Source: an uncultured Veillonellaceae bacterium (GTDB lineage Bacteria > Bacillota > Negativicutes > JARBTT01). Taken from it: 64,000 bases of DNA. The stretch lies in NCBI GenBank assembly GCA_963805085.1, contig CAWDTA010000001.1, positions 1 to 64,000 on the forward strand. Reading direction: 5' to 3'. Position 1 is the first letter of the stretch, and each line of letters opens with the position of its first letter. The notes under the pieces were generated by a model. That model ran no database searches and was not told the origin of the DNA. It saw only the letters and a list, made by a program, of their open reading frames with translations. Below, piece after piece: positions 31,589-41,380 of this stretch. The translations under genes were made by a program, and so were the position numbers.

Positions 31589-33418
31589 ATGTGTGGTATA
31601 GTTGGTTATGTAGGCTCTAATGAGGCTGCTCCATTTCTTATTGAAGGTTTAACAAGATTAGAATATCGTGGTTACGATTCTGCGGGGATCGCTGTATTTG
31701 ACGGCGAAAAAATCAATATAGAAAAAAGTGTTGGTCGTCTTAGTGCATTAGAAAAGAAAATTGAGGGTAACATGCCGAAAGGTGCTCTTGGTATTGGTCA
31801 TACTAGATGGGCAACACATGGTCGTCCATCCGATCGCAATTCTCATCCTCATACTGATTGTACTGGCAATTTCGTAGTAGTTCACAATGGTATCATTGAA
31901 AACTACTTACACTTAAAAGAAAAATTAATTGAAAAAGGTCATGTATTTACTTCTGAAACTGATACTGAAGTTGTAGCTCACTTGGTAGAAGATTTATATG
32001 AAGGTGATCTTGAAACAACTGTAAGAAAAGTTCTTAAATTAATAGAAGGGTCTTACTCCTTAGTATTTATGGCTCGTAATGAACCAGATAAATTGATTTG
32101 TACAAAACAAGACAATCCACTTGTTATCGGTCTTGGAGAAGGTGAAAACTTTATCGCATCCGATATCCCAGCAATTATTGCGCGTACTCGCAGAACTTAC
32201 ATCATCAGTGATGGAGAAATGGCGATCGTAAAAGCGGATTCTGTATGGATTACAAATCGTGAAGGTGTGCCTGTAACTAAAAAAGTATTTGAAGTAAACT
32301 GGAATGCCGAAGCTGCTGAAAAAGGCGGTTACGAACATTTTATGTTGAAAGAAATTTACGAACAACCAAAAGCAGTTCGTGAAACAATGTCTCCTCGTCT
32401 TTCAAAAGATAACAGCACTGTAGTTATGGACGAATTAAAATGGAATAAAGATTATTTAAAATCCTTTAAGAAAATTTTCATCGTTGCTTGTGGAACTGCT
32501 TATCATGCAGCTTTTGTTGGTAAATACTACATTGAAAAATTAGCGCGTATCCCGGTTGAAGTGGATATTGCATCTGAGTTCCGTTATCGTAGCCCAATCA
32601 TCGACGATCGCACATTAACGATCGTTGTGAGTCAATCTGGTGAAACGAGTGATACTTTAGCTGCATTAAAAGAAGCAAAACGTTTAGGGGCTAAGACTCT
32701 TGCTGTTACCAATGTAGTAGGTTCTTCTATTGCCCGTGAAGCAGATCAAGTTATCTATACTTGGGCAGGTCCTGAAATTGCTGTTGCGTCCACAAAAGCG
32801 TATACAACACAGTTGATCACGATGTTTATGCTTGCGACTTATATGTCACAAATCAAAGAAACGATTACACCAGAATATACAAAACAATTAATCGCTTCTT
32901 TGCGTAATTTGCCTGCACAAATACATGAAATTCTTGAAGATGTAGAACCAATTAAAACTTTTGCACAAAAATACGGTTTCAATGAAGATGTATTCTTCAT
33001 TGGTCGCTCACTTGACTATGCAGTTGCATTAGAAGGTGCATTAAAATTAAAAGAAATTTCATATATTCATGCTGAAGCATATGCTGCTGGTGAGTTAAAA
33101 CACGGTACATTATCTTTGATTATTGAAGGTGTACCTGTAATTGCCCTTGCAACACAAAAGAGCGTATATGAAAAAACATTGAGTAACATCAAAGAAGTAA
33201 AAGCACGTGATGCGGTTGTTATTGGTATCGCTCTTGAAGATGATGCGCAAATCGAAAAATATGTTGACCATATTATAAAAATTCCTAATACTGATGAATT
33301 ATTAGCACCATTATTAGCAGTAATTCCTCTTCAATTGCTTGCTTACTATGCATCAATTACTAGAGGTTGTGACGTAGATAAGCCTCGTAATTTAGCAAAA
33401 TCAGTTACCGTAGAATAA
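31589..33418 (+). CDS. glmS: glutamine-fructose-6-phosphate aminotransferase
   Basis: MCGIVG start after GGAGG; GHTRWATHG; PRNLAKSVTVE. Confidence 0.98.
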   Translation: MCGIVGYVGSNEAAPFLIEGLTRLEYRGYDSAGIAVFDGEKINIEKSVGRLSALEKKIEGNMPKGALGIGHTRWATHGRPSDRNSHPHTDCTGNFVVVHNGIIENYLHLKEKLIEKGHVFTSETDTEVVAHLVEDLYEGDLETTVRKVLKLIEGSYSLVFMARNEPDKLICTKQDNPLVIGLGEGENFIASDIPAIIARTRRTYIISDGEMAIVKADSVWITNREGVPVTKKVFEVNWNAEAAEKGGYEHFMLKEIYEQPKAVRETMSPRLSKDNSTVVMDELKWNKDYLKSFKKIFIVACGTAYHAAFVGKYYIEKLARIPVEVDIASEFRYRSPIIDDRTLTIVVSQSGETSDTLAALKEAKRLGAKTLAVTNVVGSSIAREADQVIYTWAGPEIAVASTKAYTTQLITMFMLATYMSQIKETITPEYTKQLIASLRNLPAQIHEILEDVEPIKTFAQKYGFNEDVFFIGRSLDYAVALEGALKLKEISYIHAEAYAAGELKHGTLSLIIEGVPVIALATQKSVYEKTLSNIKEVKARDAVVIGIALEDDAQIEKYVDHIIKIPNTDELLAPLLAVIPLQLLAYYASITRGCDVDKPRNLAKSVTVE

Positions 33419-33438
33419 GAAGAACTTAAAGAAAATAC

Positions 33439-33480
33439 AAAAAAAACCTCTTGGGATATACTATCTCAAGAGGTTTTTTT
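33439..33480 (+). terminator. glmS terminator (candidate attTn7-like target)
   Basis: AAAAAAAACCTCTTGGGATA-TAC-TATCTCAAGAGGTTTTTTT. Confidence 0.85.
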
Positions 33481-33640
33481 AGGTTAAGAAGGATTCTCTA
33501 TTGTGCGAAAACAGATGAAAAGATATATAGAATATATAAAAAGACTTGTATTGTGTTGTTTCGTAATATAAAATTAAAAACAAATGAAATTAGACGTATT
33601 TTTGAAGAAAATACGTCTAATTAAGATTGGAGTGTACATA

Positions 33641-34444
33641 ATGAAAAAGTTGAGTAATATTTTTCCAATGCTATTTATAGTGTTTATTTGTATGATATTT
33701 ATTGGCTGTGGTAAAGAAAAAAATGCAGAAATAGCACCAACTCAAAATATAGAGCTGAATGTATCGGCGGCAATGGGATTAAAAGAGGCATTACTTGATA
33801 TCCAAAAAGAATACGAAAAGTCACATCCAGAAGTAAAAATTGTTTATAATTTTGCTGCAGCTGGTGTTTTGGCTTCACAGATCGAAAATGGTGCGCAATG
33901 CGATGTTTTTCTTTCAGCAGCGATGAAGCAGATTAATGATTTAAAAGCAAAAGACTTGATTAAAGAGAACAGCGTTAAGGATATAGTCGGCAATAAGCTG
34001 GTACTTGCTGTTGCAAAAGGAAATCCTTTGCAAATCAAAGAGTTTAAAGATCTTATTAGAGATGATATCCATTACATAGGTTTTGGAGAAATAAAGACAA
34101 TGCCAGCTGGTCAATACGGCAAAGAGTGTTTAGAAAACATAGGAATTTGGCAACAGGTAGAGCCTAAAACTGTCATTGGGAAAAATGTTCGTGAAATTGT
34201 GGCTTATGTAGAATCAGGAAATGCTGAGGTGGCGGTTGCATTCGAAACGGTGGTGGTAAATAACCCGAAAGTAGAAATTGCAGCAGTTTCGCCACAGGGA
34301 ACTCATAAACCAGTTGTATTTCCAGGAGCACTTATAAAAAATACTAAAAATGAAGTGGCTGCGCAAGCGTTTTTTGATTATTTGACGACTGATGATGCTG
34401 TTAAGATTTTTCAAAAGTATGGATTTTCAAGCCCACAAAAATAA
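33641..34444 (+). CDS. modA: molybdate ABC transporter substrate-binding protein
   Basis: Lipobox IFIGC; QIENGAQCDVFLSA, GNKLVL, PAGQYG. Confidence 0.9.
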   Translation: MKKLSNIFPMLFIVFICMIFIGCGKEKNAEIAPTQNIELNVSAAMGLKEALLDIQKEYEKSHPEVKIVYNFAAAGVLASQIENGAQCDVFLSAAMKQINDLKAKDLIKENSVKDIVGNKLVLAVAKGNPLQIKEFKDLIRDDIHYIGFGEIKTMPAGQYGKECLENIGIWQQVEPKTVIGKNVREIVAYVESGNAEVAVAFETVVVNNPKVEIAAVSPQGTHKPVVFPGALIKNTKNEVAAQAFFDYLTTDDAVKIFQKYGFSSPQK

Positions 34445-34468
34445 TAAACTGGATAGGGAGCGATTTTT

Positions 34469-35200
34469 ATGACGATATTGGAACAGGCACGCGAAAAATG
34501 GCTGAAGGTGGTACAAGAAAAAGATATCGATGCGAAAACGGCTGAAATACATGTAACGGCGCGTACATTAACGCCGGAAGAGGTAATTGGAATGCCAGAA
34601 CGCCGCGATTATCCGCTTTTTTTAGGAAAGGAAGTAATGATTGAAGCTCAATTTGGCAATAGTAAGGGACACGCTTTTACAGATATGCCAGGAAACTACG
34701 ATGGTAAATTGCAGGATGTCTTGGATTTATCACTGGCGAATTCCTTTGAAAGAGCTGTGTTTGTTGCATCTTTGAATGCATTTATGAAAAGTTTAGGATT
34801 AATCGAAGGAACAGTGCATTGCCGTGAGCATGAGCCACAAGAATGCGCTTTACAATTGGCAGAATATATTCGAAACCATTATGGTCAGGTTAAAATTGCT
34901 TTTGTTGGTTTACAGCCTGGGCTTATACAGGCGTTGACTGATGCTGAATTTGAAATTCGCGCGAGTGATCTTAATCCAGACAATATCGGAAAAGTTAAAT
35001 GCGGGACAACGATTTTGCCAGCATCGACAAATCGCGAAAATGCCGAGTGGGCTGATATTATTGTTGCAACGGGGAGTACTTTTGTAAATGACAGTTATCA
35101 AGAATTTTCGGTAGACAAGCCGATTCTTTATTTTGGGGTAACTGTTTCTGGAATTGCCCAGTTTTTTGGTTTGCAGCGTTATTGCCCGTGCGGAAACTAA
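34469..35200 (+). CDS. DUF364-like Rossmann-fold (putative metal-chelation) protein
   Basis: PEEVIG.PER.DYP, GHAFTD, ATGSTFVN pattern. Confidence 0.65.
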   Translation: MTILEQAREKWLKVVQEKDIDAKTAEIHVTARTLTPEEVIGMPERRDYPLFLGKEVMIEAQFGNSKGHAFTDMPGNYDGKLQDVLDLSLANSFERAVFVASLNAFMKSLGLIEGTVHCREHEPQECALQLAEYIRNHYGQVKIAFVGLQPGLIQALTDAEFEIRASDLNPDNIGKVKCGTTILPASTNRENAEWADIIVATGSTFVNDSYQEFSVDKPILYFGVTVSGIAQFFGLQRYCPCGN

Positions 35201-35235
35201 TTTATTGAATTTGTATTGTTTGGCAGGTGGTTTTT

Positions 35236-35913
35236 ATGATAGATTGGTTTCCGGTAATATTATCAATTAAAATTGCGGCGGTGTCGACCGTGATTACTTT
35301 AGTCACCGGCATTTTTTTTGCGTATCTTACAACAAAATACGATTTTTGGGGCAAAACTGCCTTGGAGGCAGTTATCACTTTACCGTTGGTAATGCCGCCG
35401 ATTGTAACTGGTTTTTTATTATTACTGTGTATCGGACGAAAAGGGATCATCGGTGATTTTCTATTTCGTTTTTTGGACTTTCAGTTAATATTTACGCCTT
35501 ATGCAGCCGTTGTGGCTGGTACGATCGTAGCATTTCCATTGATGTATCAAAGCACCAAAGCGGCATTTTTAGGTATTGACCATAAACTTGAAGATGCCGC
35601 GCGTACTTTAGGAGCCAACGAATTACGGGTTTTTATGACGATTTCTTTACCTCTTTCTGTGCATGGTATTGTCAGTGGTACGGTGCTCTCTTTTTCTCGT
35701 GCTCTAGGTGAGTTTGGGGCAACGATTATGGTTGCAGGAAACATTGTAGGGAAAACGCAAACAATTCCGCTGGCTATTTATTTTGCATCAGAATCGAATG
35801 AACTTGAACTCGCTGGTATGTATGTTTTTATTTTAAGCATGGTTATTTTCTCGCTTATTTTTTTGCTTAACCAATGGAAAAAATCAGCCGATAAGGAGGT
35901 AACACATGCTTAA
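35236..35913 (+). CDS. modB: molybdate ABC transporter permease
   Basis: LPLVMPP, AARTLGA, RALGEFGAT. Confidence 0.93.
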   Translation: MIDWFPVILSIKIAAVSTVITLVTGIFFAYLTTKYDFWGKTALEAVITLPLVMPPIVTGFLLLLCIGRKGIIGDFLFRFLDFQLIFTPYAAVVAGTIVAFPLMYQSTKAAFLGIDHKLEDAARTLGANELRVFMTISLPLSVHGIVSGTVLSFSRALGEFGATIMVAGNIVGKTQTIPLAIYFASESNELELAGMYVFILSMVIFSLIFLLNQWKKSADKEVTHA

Positions 35914-36544
35914 TGTTACTATACAAAAACAGTTAACTGATTTTACCTTAGATATCAAGTTTCAAATGGAAAGTGAGATATTAACTTTGCTGGGCAATTC
36001 CGGCGGTGGGAAAACGACGATTCTTCGCTGTATTTCCGGGCTTATGGATCCTGATCAAGGCATGATTAAAATGAATGAAAAACTATTTTTTAGCAGTGAA
36101 CAAGAATTTTCTTTAGCACCCAGAAAACGTCGGGTTGGTTATATGTTTCAAGATTATGCAATTTTTCCACATATGAATGTTTATAAAAATATATGGTATG
36201 GTGCACCGCAAAAAACAAAAGAAAAGCAAGAGCTTTATCAGAGAGTGTTAGAGCTGCTTTCGATAGAATATCTAGAAGGAAGGGATGTCAAAAATCTTTC
36301 TGGTGGAGAAAGGCAACGTATAGCATTGGCGCGAGTACTGATGACTGAGCCAGAAGTGTTACTTCTTGACGAACCACTTTCTGCTCTTGATAGTACTACG
36401 CGAAAATATGTAGGAATGGAATTGAAAAAGATTCAAGAAATATGGCATATTCCGTTTATTATTGTTACGCATGATGAAAGTGAAGCAAAGAGTCTTTCTG
36501 ATAAAATTTTTTGCTTAAAACAAGGTTGTTTTTCAGAGCTATAA
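35906..36544 (+). CDS. modC: molybdate ABC transporter ATPase
   Basis: GNSGGGKT, LSGGERQR, LLLDEP; follows modB. Confidence 0.88.
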   Translation: MLNVTIQKQLTDFTLDIKFQMESEILTLLGNSGGGKTTILRCISGLMDPDQGMIKMNEKLFFSSEQEFSLAPRKRRVGYMFQDYAIFPHMNVYKNIWYGAPQKTKEKQELYQRVLELLSIEYLEGRDVKNLSGGERQRIALARVLMTEPEVLLLDEPLSALDSTTRKYVGMELKKIQEIWHIPFIIVTHDESEAKSLSDKIFCLKQGCFSEL

Positions 36545-36651
36545 CTGCAATTTTAAATAGATATAAGTGTTAAAATAAACGTAATAGAAAGATTATTTTG
36601 ACTTATTATTGCAAGTAGCTTCAAATGTAATTTGAGAGAATGGAGAAAAAC

Positions 36652-37590
36652 ATGGAAGAAAAGAAAGCTTTATCGACACAAGATGTTGCAAATATGCTTA
36701 ATGTCAGCAAAAGTACTATATATGGACTGATAAAGAATGGAGAGATGTTATCATATAAGGTAGGTAGAAAAGTCCGTTTTACCGAAAGTGATGTATACGA
36801 TTATATAAATCGTTCACGTACTGAAAACATTTCATCTGCTGCAGAAAAACAAGACCCACCGTTTGTAAAGAATAGTGAGAGAGAAAAAAATGAACGAGAC
36901 TTTATTATTTGTGGGCAAGATATCATATTGGATATCCTATCTAATTACATGAGAAGTTGCGGTTATCAGGCATTGCGGGCTTATATTGGTAGTTATGACA
37001 GTTTGACGGCTTTGTATAGAAATAAAGTAGATGTAGCTACCGCTCATTTGTGGGATGGTGAGAGTAAACAATACAATATTCCATATGTAAAATATCTGCT
37101 TCCGGGCATACCTACGCTTGTTATTCGTTTTACTAAGAGGATGCAAGGCTTTTTTGTTGCCAAAGGGAATCCGAAAAACATTACTTCTTGGCATGATTTT
37201 TCGCGCTCGGATATAGTTTTGATAAATAGGGAATTTGGTGCAGGTTCAAGAGTATTACTTGATGAAAATTTAAAATTATTGGGAATTTCCTACAAAAGCA
37301 TAAAAGGGTATGAAACCCAAGCGCAATCTCATTTTGCTGTTGCAAGTGCTGTTGGTCGGGGCGAGGCAGATGTTGGTATCGGTATAGAAAAGATTGCAAA
37401 ACAAATAGATGGTGTAGATTTTGTGCCATTACAACAAGAAAAATATGATTTGGTAATAAAGAAAGAAGATTTGGGTAAACCAGAAATGATAGCAATGCTA
37501 AATATCATTCGATCGGATGAATTCAAAAAAGAATTTAAAAATATCGGTGGTTATGATATTAGTGAAATGGGCGAAGTTGCTAAAGGGTAA
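36652..37590 (+). CDS. excisionase-type HTH plus PBP-domain molybdate regulator
   Basis: LSTQDVANMLNVSKSTIY HTH; GSYDSL, INREFGAGSR, EKYDLV. Confidence 0.85.
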   Translation: MEEKKALSTQDVANMLNVSKSTIYGLIKNGEMLSYKVGRKVRFTESDVYDYINRSRTENISSAAEKQDPPFVKNSEREKNERDFIICGQDIILDILSNYMRSCGYQALRAYIGSYDSLTALYRNKVDVATAHLWDGESKQYNIPYVKYLLPGIPTLVIRFTKRMQGFFVAKGNPKNITSWHDFSRSDIVLINREFGAGSRVLLDENLKLLGISYKSIKGYETQAQSHFAVASAVGRGEADVGIGIEKIAKQIDGVDFVPLQQEKYDLVIKKEDLGKPEMIAMLNIIRSDEFKKEFKNIGGYDISEMGEVAKG

Positions 37591-37679
37591 TATGGTTGCA
37601 AAACAAAAAGATGGTGGACGTGTCTGTATGAAGATACGTCGCCGTCTTTTTGTATAGAAAGCAAAGTTGAAGAGCAAAC

Positions 37680-37735
37680 TTATTATTGACATATGTCAAT
37701 AATAAGTTATAATAAAACATAAGTGACATATGTCA
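37680..37735 (+). promoter_or_regulatory. promoter with twin TGACATATGTCA palindromic operators
   Basis: Perfect 26-bp palindrome 37680-37705 over TTGACA; TATAAT 37708-37713; second core at 37724-37735. Confidence 0.8.
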
Positions 37736-37758
37736 TAAACTATATGGAGGTGTTTACT

Positions 37759-37944
37759 ATGCCAAGAAGAGATGGAACTGGTCCTAATGGCGCGGGTGGA
37801 TGTGGAGGCATTAATCAGCAAGCTGGAAACGGGACTGGTAGAAGTTCGGGTGGCGGTAGAGGTATTGGCCGTCAATGTGGAAATGGGACTGGTAGAGGGC
37901 AAGGGTGTCAATCTGGCAATGGTAAAAATGGTGATTCTAAATAA
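37759..37944 (+). CDS. small Gly-rich protein (DUF5320-like N-terminus MPRRDGTGP)
   Basis: GGAGG RBS; MPxxDGTGP motif typical of genes in these clusters. Confidence 0.7.
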   Translation: MPRRDGTGPNGAGGCGGINQQAGNGTGRSSGGGRGIGRQCGNGTGRGQGCQSGNGKNGDSK

Positions 37945-38064
37945 GCAAGTTTATAAAGTTTTTATGAGTAGATAAAATATAGTGCAATGATAAGAGTTAT
38001 TACGGCTGATAAGTAATGGGTGTATTCGCTGTAAATTATCAGCCTCTTATGAGGTGAGTTAGTA

Positions 38065-38439
38065 ATGGCAAGGCCGAGAAAATGGAGAAAAGTGTGTTGC
38101 TTACCAGAACGAGATCGATTCGGGCCGTTGAATGACCCGATTAATCCAGACTGTTTTGTTACGATGACCATTGATGAATATGAAACAATCCGATTGATTG
38201 ACTTAGAAGGATTTAATCAAGAAAAGTGTGCTAGTCAAATGCATATTGCTCGTACAACGGTTCAGGCGATGTACAATGCTGCAAGAAAAAAAATCGCCGA
38301 ATCTCTGGTAAATGGCAAAGTTCTAAGAATCGAAGGCGGCGATTACAAGCTTTGTGAAGGTATTGAAAAGTCGTGCGATTGTGGTGGCTGTCGTAGACAT
38401 AGATATGCTAGAGAGGCTATGGAAAAAGATACTATATGA
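38065..38439 (+). CDS. DUF134 DNA-binding protein
   Basis: [32 protein letters not shown]. Confidence 0.9.
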   Translation: MARPRKWRKVCCLPERDRFGPLNDPINPDCFVTMTIDEYETIRLIDLEGFNQEKCASQMHIARTTVQAMYNAARKKIAESLVNGKVLRIEGGDYKLCEGIEKSCDCGGCRRHRYAREAMEKDTI

Positions 38440-38454
38440 AGGAGGATATACTAA

Positions 38455-38823
38455 ATGAAAATTGCAATACCAGTAAATGATAAATCCATGGAATCATGTG
38501 TAGGTAATACATTTGGGCGTACCAGCTATTTTCTTATTTATGATACGGAAACAAAAAAAAGTATTTTTGTCGATAACAGTGCAGCAGCGAGTCAGGGTGG
38601 TGCAGGAATCAAAGCGGCTCAAACAGTTGTCGATAGCCAAGTTGAAGCCTTAATTACGCCACAATGTGGTGAGAATGCGGCAAAGGTGATTCAAGCAAGT
38701 AATATCAAAATATATAAGATAATCAATGATTCGATACAAGATAATATCAATGCCTTTAATAATGGGCAATTATCTTTGCTTGAAAAAATTCATGGCGGAT
38801 TCCATGGGCATGGAGGAAAATAA
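38455..38823 (+). CDS. NifB/NifX-family FeMo-cofactor-binding-like protein
   Basis: MKIAIP..FGR..F..YD..GGAGIKAAQ. Confidence 0.88.
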   Translation: MKIAIPVNDKSMESCVGNTFGRTSYFLIYDTETKKSIFVDNSAAASQGGAGIKAAQTVVDSQVEALITPQCGENAAKVIQASNIKIYKIINDSIQDNINAFNNGQLSLLEKIHGGFHGHGGK

Positions 38824-38825
38824 AT

Positions 38826-39683
38826 ATGAAGATAGCTGTGCTAAGCGGCAAAGGTGGCACAGGTAAAACGCTAGTATCGGTAAATTTAGCGGCAGCAGCA
38901 AAAGAGGCCGTCTATATTGACTGTGATGTAGAAGAGCCAAATGGGCATCTTTTTTTCGAACCTAAACCTATTGGTGCTGAGCAAATTGTAATTAAGATAC
39001 CTGTGGTAGATGAAAAACTTTGTAATGGCTGTCGGAAATGCGTTGAGTTTTGTAAGTTCAATGCATTAGCCTATATCAATAACAAACTGCTTGTATTCGA
39101 TGAGGTTTGTCATTCCTGTGGCGGATGTATGCTGTTTTGTCCGGAGAAGGCATTGACGGAGAAAGAGAAAATGATTGGGAAAGTTCAATATGGAATTTCT
39201 GAAAATGTAACAGTCGTTACAGGCATATTAAATACAGGAGAAGCTTCGGGAATTCCGATTATTAAAAAATTATTAAATTATGCAAAGCGAGAGCGGGCAA
39301 TTACCTTTATCGATTGTCCACCTGGCAGTGCTTGCATAGTAATGGAAAGCATAAAAGATGCAGACTATTGCATATTAGTAGCAGAGCCCACTTTGTTTGG
39401 CATGCATAATCTTAACATGGTTTATGAGTTAGTGAAGTTGTTTCATAAACCATACGGTGTGGTGCTTAACAAGTGTCTAGAAGGAGAAAACCCTGCCGAA
39501 CAATTCTGCATAGAAAAAGGCATCAAGATTTTAGCACAGATTCCCTTTGACAATGAGCTTGGAACACTTAATTCGAATGCTTTAATATCCGTCAGAGTGT
39601 GCAAAAAGTATAAGGATCTATTTGCTTCCTTACTTCAAATTGTGACTGAGGAGGTGCAGCGTGAAGCAGTTGTTAATCCTTAG
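38826..39683 (+). CDS. MinD-superfamily P-loop ATPase with inserted 4Fe-4S ferredoxin
   Basis: SGKGGTGKT, DCDVEEPN, two CxxCxxCxxxC, DCPPG. Confidence 0.9.
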   Translation: MKIAVLSGKGGTGKTLVSVNLAAAAKEAVYIDCDVEEPNGHLFFEPKPIGAEQIVIKIPVVDEKLCNGCRKCVEFCKFNALAYINNKLLVFDEVCHSCGGCMLFCPEKALTEKEKMIGKVQYGISENVTVVTGILNTGEASGIPIIKKLLNYAKRERAITFIDCPPGSACIVMESIKDADYCILVAEPTLFGMHNLNMVYELVKLFHKPYGVVLNKCLEGENPAEQFCIEKGIKILAQIPFDNELGTLNSNALISVRVCKKYKDLFASLLQIVTEEVQREAVVNP

Positions 39684-40527
39684 TGGTAAGGGTGGTACAG
39701 GAAAAACTACGTTAGCTGGTGCTTTTATTAAATTGGCAAAGGCGCAAGCCTATGCAGATTGTGATGTAGATGCACCTAATTTGCACCTGGTTATGAAGCA
39801 GTCAGTTAAGCCGAAACGAACAGATTATTACGGAATGCCAAAGGCAGTGATAAATGTCGATCAGTGCATCCAATGTGATTTATGCAGACAAAATTGCCGT
39901 TTTGAGGCAATCAATGTGAACGATAAATATGAAGTGGATTATTATTCTTGCGAAGGTTGTGGCGTCTGCGAAACGGTTTGCCCAGCAAACGCTATAGCAT
40001 TAAAACCTGCTGTAGCAGGAGAATTAATGCTTTATGCAGATGAAACTGTATTTTCAACAGCGCGGTTAAAAATGGGAAGCGGCACTTCTGGGATGTTAGT
40101 GACTGAAGTGAAAAAGCAGATGAATTTAGTAACTAAAGATGCTGAATTCGCTATTATTGATGGATCTCCGGGCATAGGGTGTCCAGTCATCGCATCACTT
40201 AGCGGCGTTGATTTGGTTTTGATCGTTGCCGAACCGTCTATATCAGGGATTAGCGATATGGAACGCATCATTAAAACTGCTGAACAATTTGAGTCGCGAG
40301 TCGCAGTATGTATTAATAAATATGATACCAATATTGTTAACACAGAAAAAATAGAATCATTTTGTGAAAAGCTGAATTTACCTGTTGCTGGCAGAATACC
40401 TTTTGATTCAAATGCTGTAAAAGCTATCAACAGTGCTTTAGCCATTGTTGATATAGACTGTACCTCAGGGCGAGCGGCAAGAGAGGTTTTTGCTAAGACA
40501 GTTAAAATTTTGTTCAATGAAAGTTAG
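39661..40527 (+). CDS. MinD-superfamily P-loop ATPase with inserted 4Fe-4S ferredoxin (second paralogue)
   Basis: SGKGGTGKT, DCDVDAPN, two CxxCxxCxxxC, DGSPGIGCP. Confidence 0.9.
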   Translation: MKQLLILSGKGGTGKTTLAGAFIKLAKAQAYADCDVDAPNLHLVMKQSVKPKRTDYYGMPKAVINVDQCIQCDLCRQNCRFEAINVNDKYEVDYYSCEGCGVCETVCPANAIALKPAVAGELMLYADETVFSTARLKMGSGTSGMLVTEVKKQMNLVTKDAEFAIIDGSPGIGCPVIASLSGVDLVLIVAEPSISGISDMERIIKTAEQFESRVAVCINKYDTNIVNTEKIESFCEKLNLPVAGRIPFDSNAVKAINSALAIVDIDCTSGRAAREVFAKTVKILFNES

Positions 40528-40536
40528 GTTAAATAC

Positions 40537-41361
40537 ATGGTAATAAAAACTTTGGTAGAAAATACAGCGATAGCCGATAAATTTGAGAACGTGCATGGAC
40601 TAAGTCTATATATTGAGACAAAGAAACATAAACTCCTGTTTGATTTGGGACCAAATGAGTTGTTTGCAAAAAATGCCCAAAAGTTGAATGTTGATATTTC
40701 GAAGGTTGATATAGTTGTAATCTCTCATGGTCATTATGATCATGGAGGTGGACTTAGAGAATTTTTAAATATAAATTCTAAAGCGAAGATATATGTGCAA
40801 CAGACGGCATTTAAAAAGCACTATTCAAATAGACCAAGTGGTGAAAAAGCATCTATTGGTTTGGACGAAGGATTATTGCCAAATGAACGGGTTGTTTTTG
40901 TAGATAACTATCTGTTTATTGATGAAGAGCTTGAACTGTTTTCTAATGTAGAAGCAAAAGTGCTTACTCCATCGGACAATCAAGATCTTTTAATGGCATC
41001 GGGTGATTTATCAGTCCCAGATGATTTTAGGCATGAACAAAACCTGATTATTAAAGAAAATGGGAATTTATTAATGGTGGCAGGTTGTGCTCATAATGGA
41101 ATCGTGAATATTTTGGAACAGTTTTATGCTTTAAAAAAAGACTTTCCTACTCATGTTATCGGGGGATTCCACTTATACAGCTATTCAAAAAATAAGTGTG
41201 AAGATCTAGTAAAGATTAAGCAAATCGGCGAATATTTGAAAACTACCGATGTAAAATTTTATACTTGTCACTGTACAGGAATTGAACCATATGAAAAATT
41301 AAAAGAAATTATCAATGAAAAAATTGAGTACTTAGCAACCGGAAGACAAATGATATTATAA
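40537..41361 (+). CDS. MBL-fold metallo-hydrolase
   Basis: SHGHYDHGGG, GCAHNG, IGGFHL, CHCTG. Confidence 0.9.
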   Translation: MVIKTLVENTAIADKFENVHGLSLYIETKKHKLLFDLGPNELFAKNAQKLNVDISKVDIVVISHGHYDHGGGLREFLNINSKAKIYVQQTAFKKHYSNRPSGEKASIGLDEGLLPNERVVFVDNYLFIDEELELFSNVEAKVLTPSDNQDLLMASGDLSVPDDFRHEQNLIIKENGNLLMVAGCAHNGIVNILEQFYALKKDFPTHVIGGFHLYSYSKNKCEDLVKIKQIGEYLKTTDVKFYTCHCTGIEPYEKLKEIINEKIEYLATGRQMIL

Positions 41362-41380
41362 ACATAGGGGAGATAAACGA

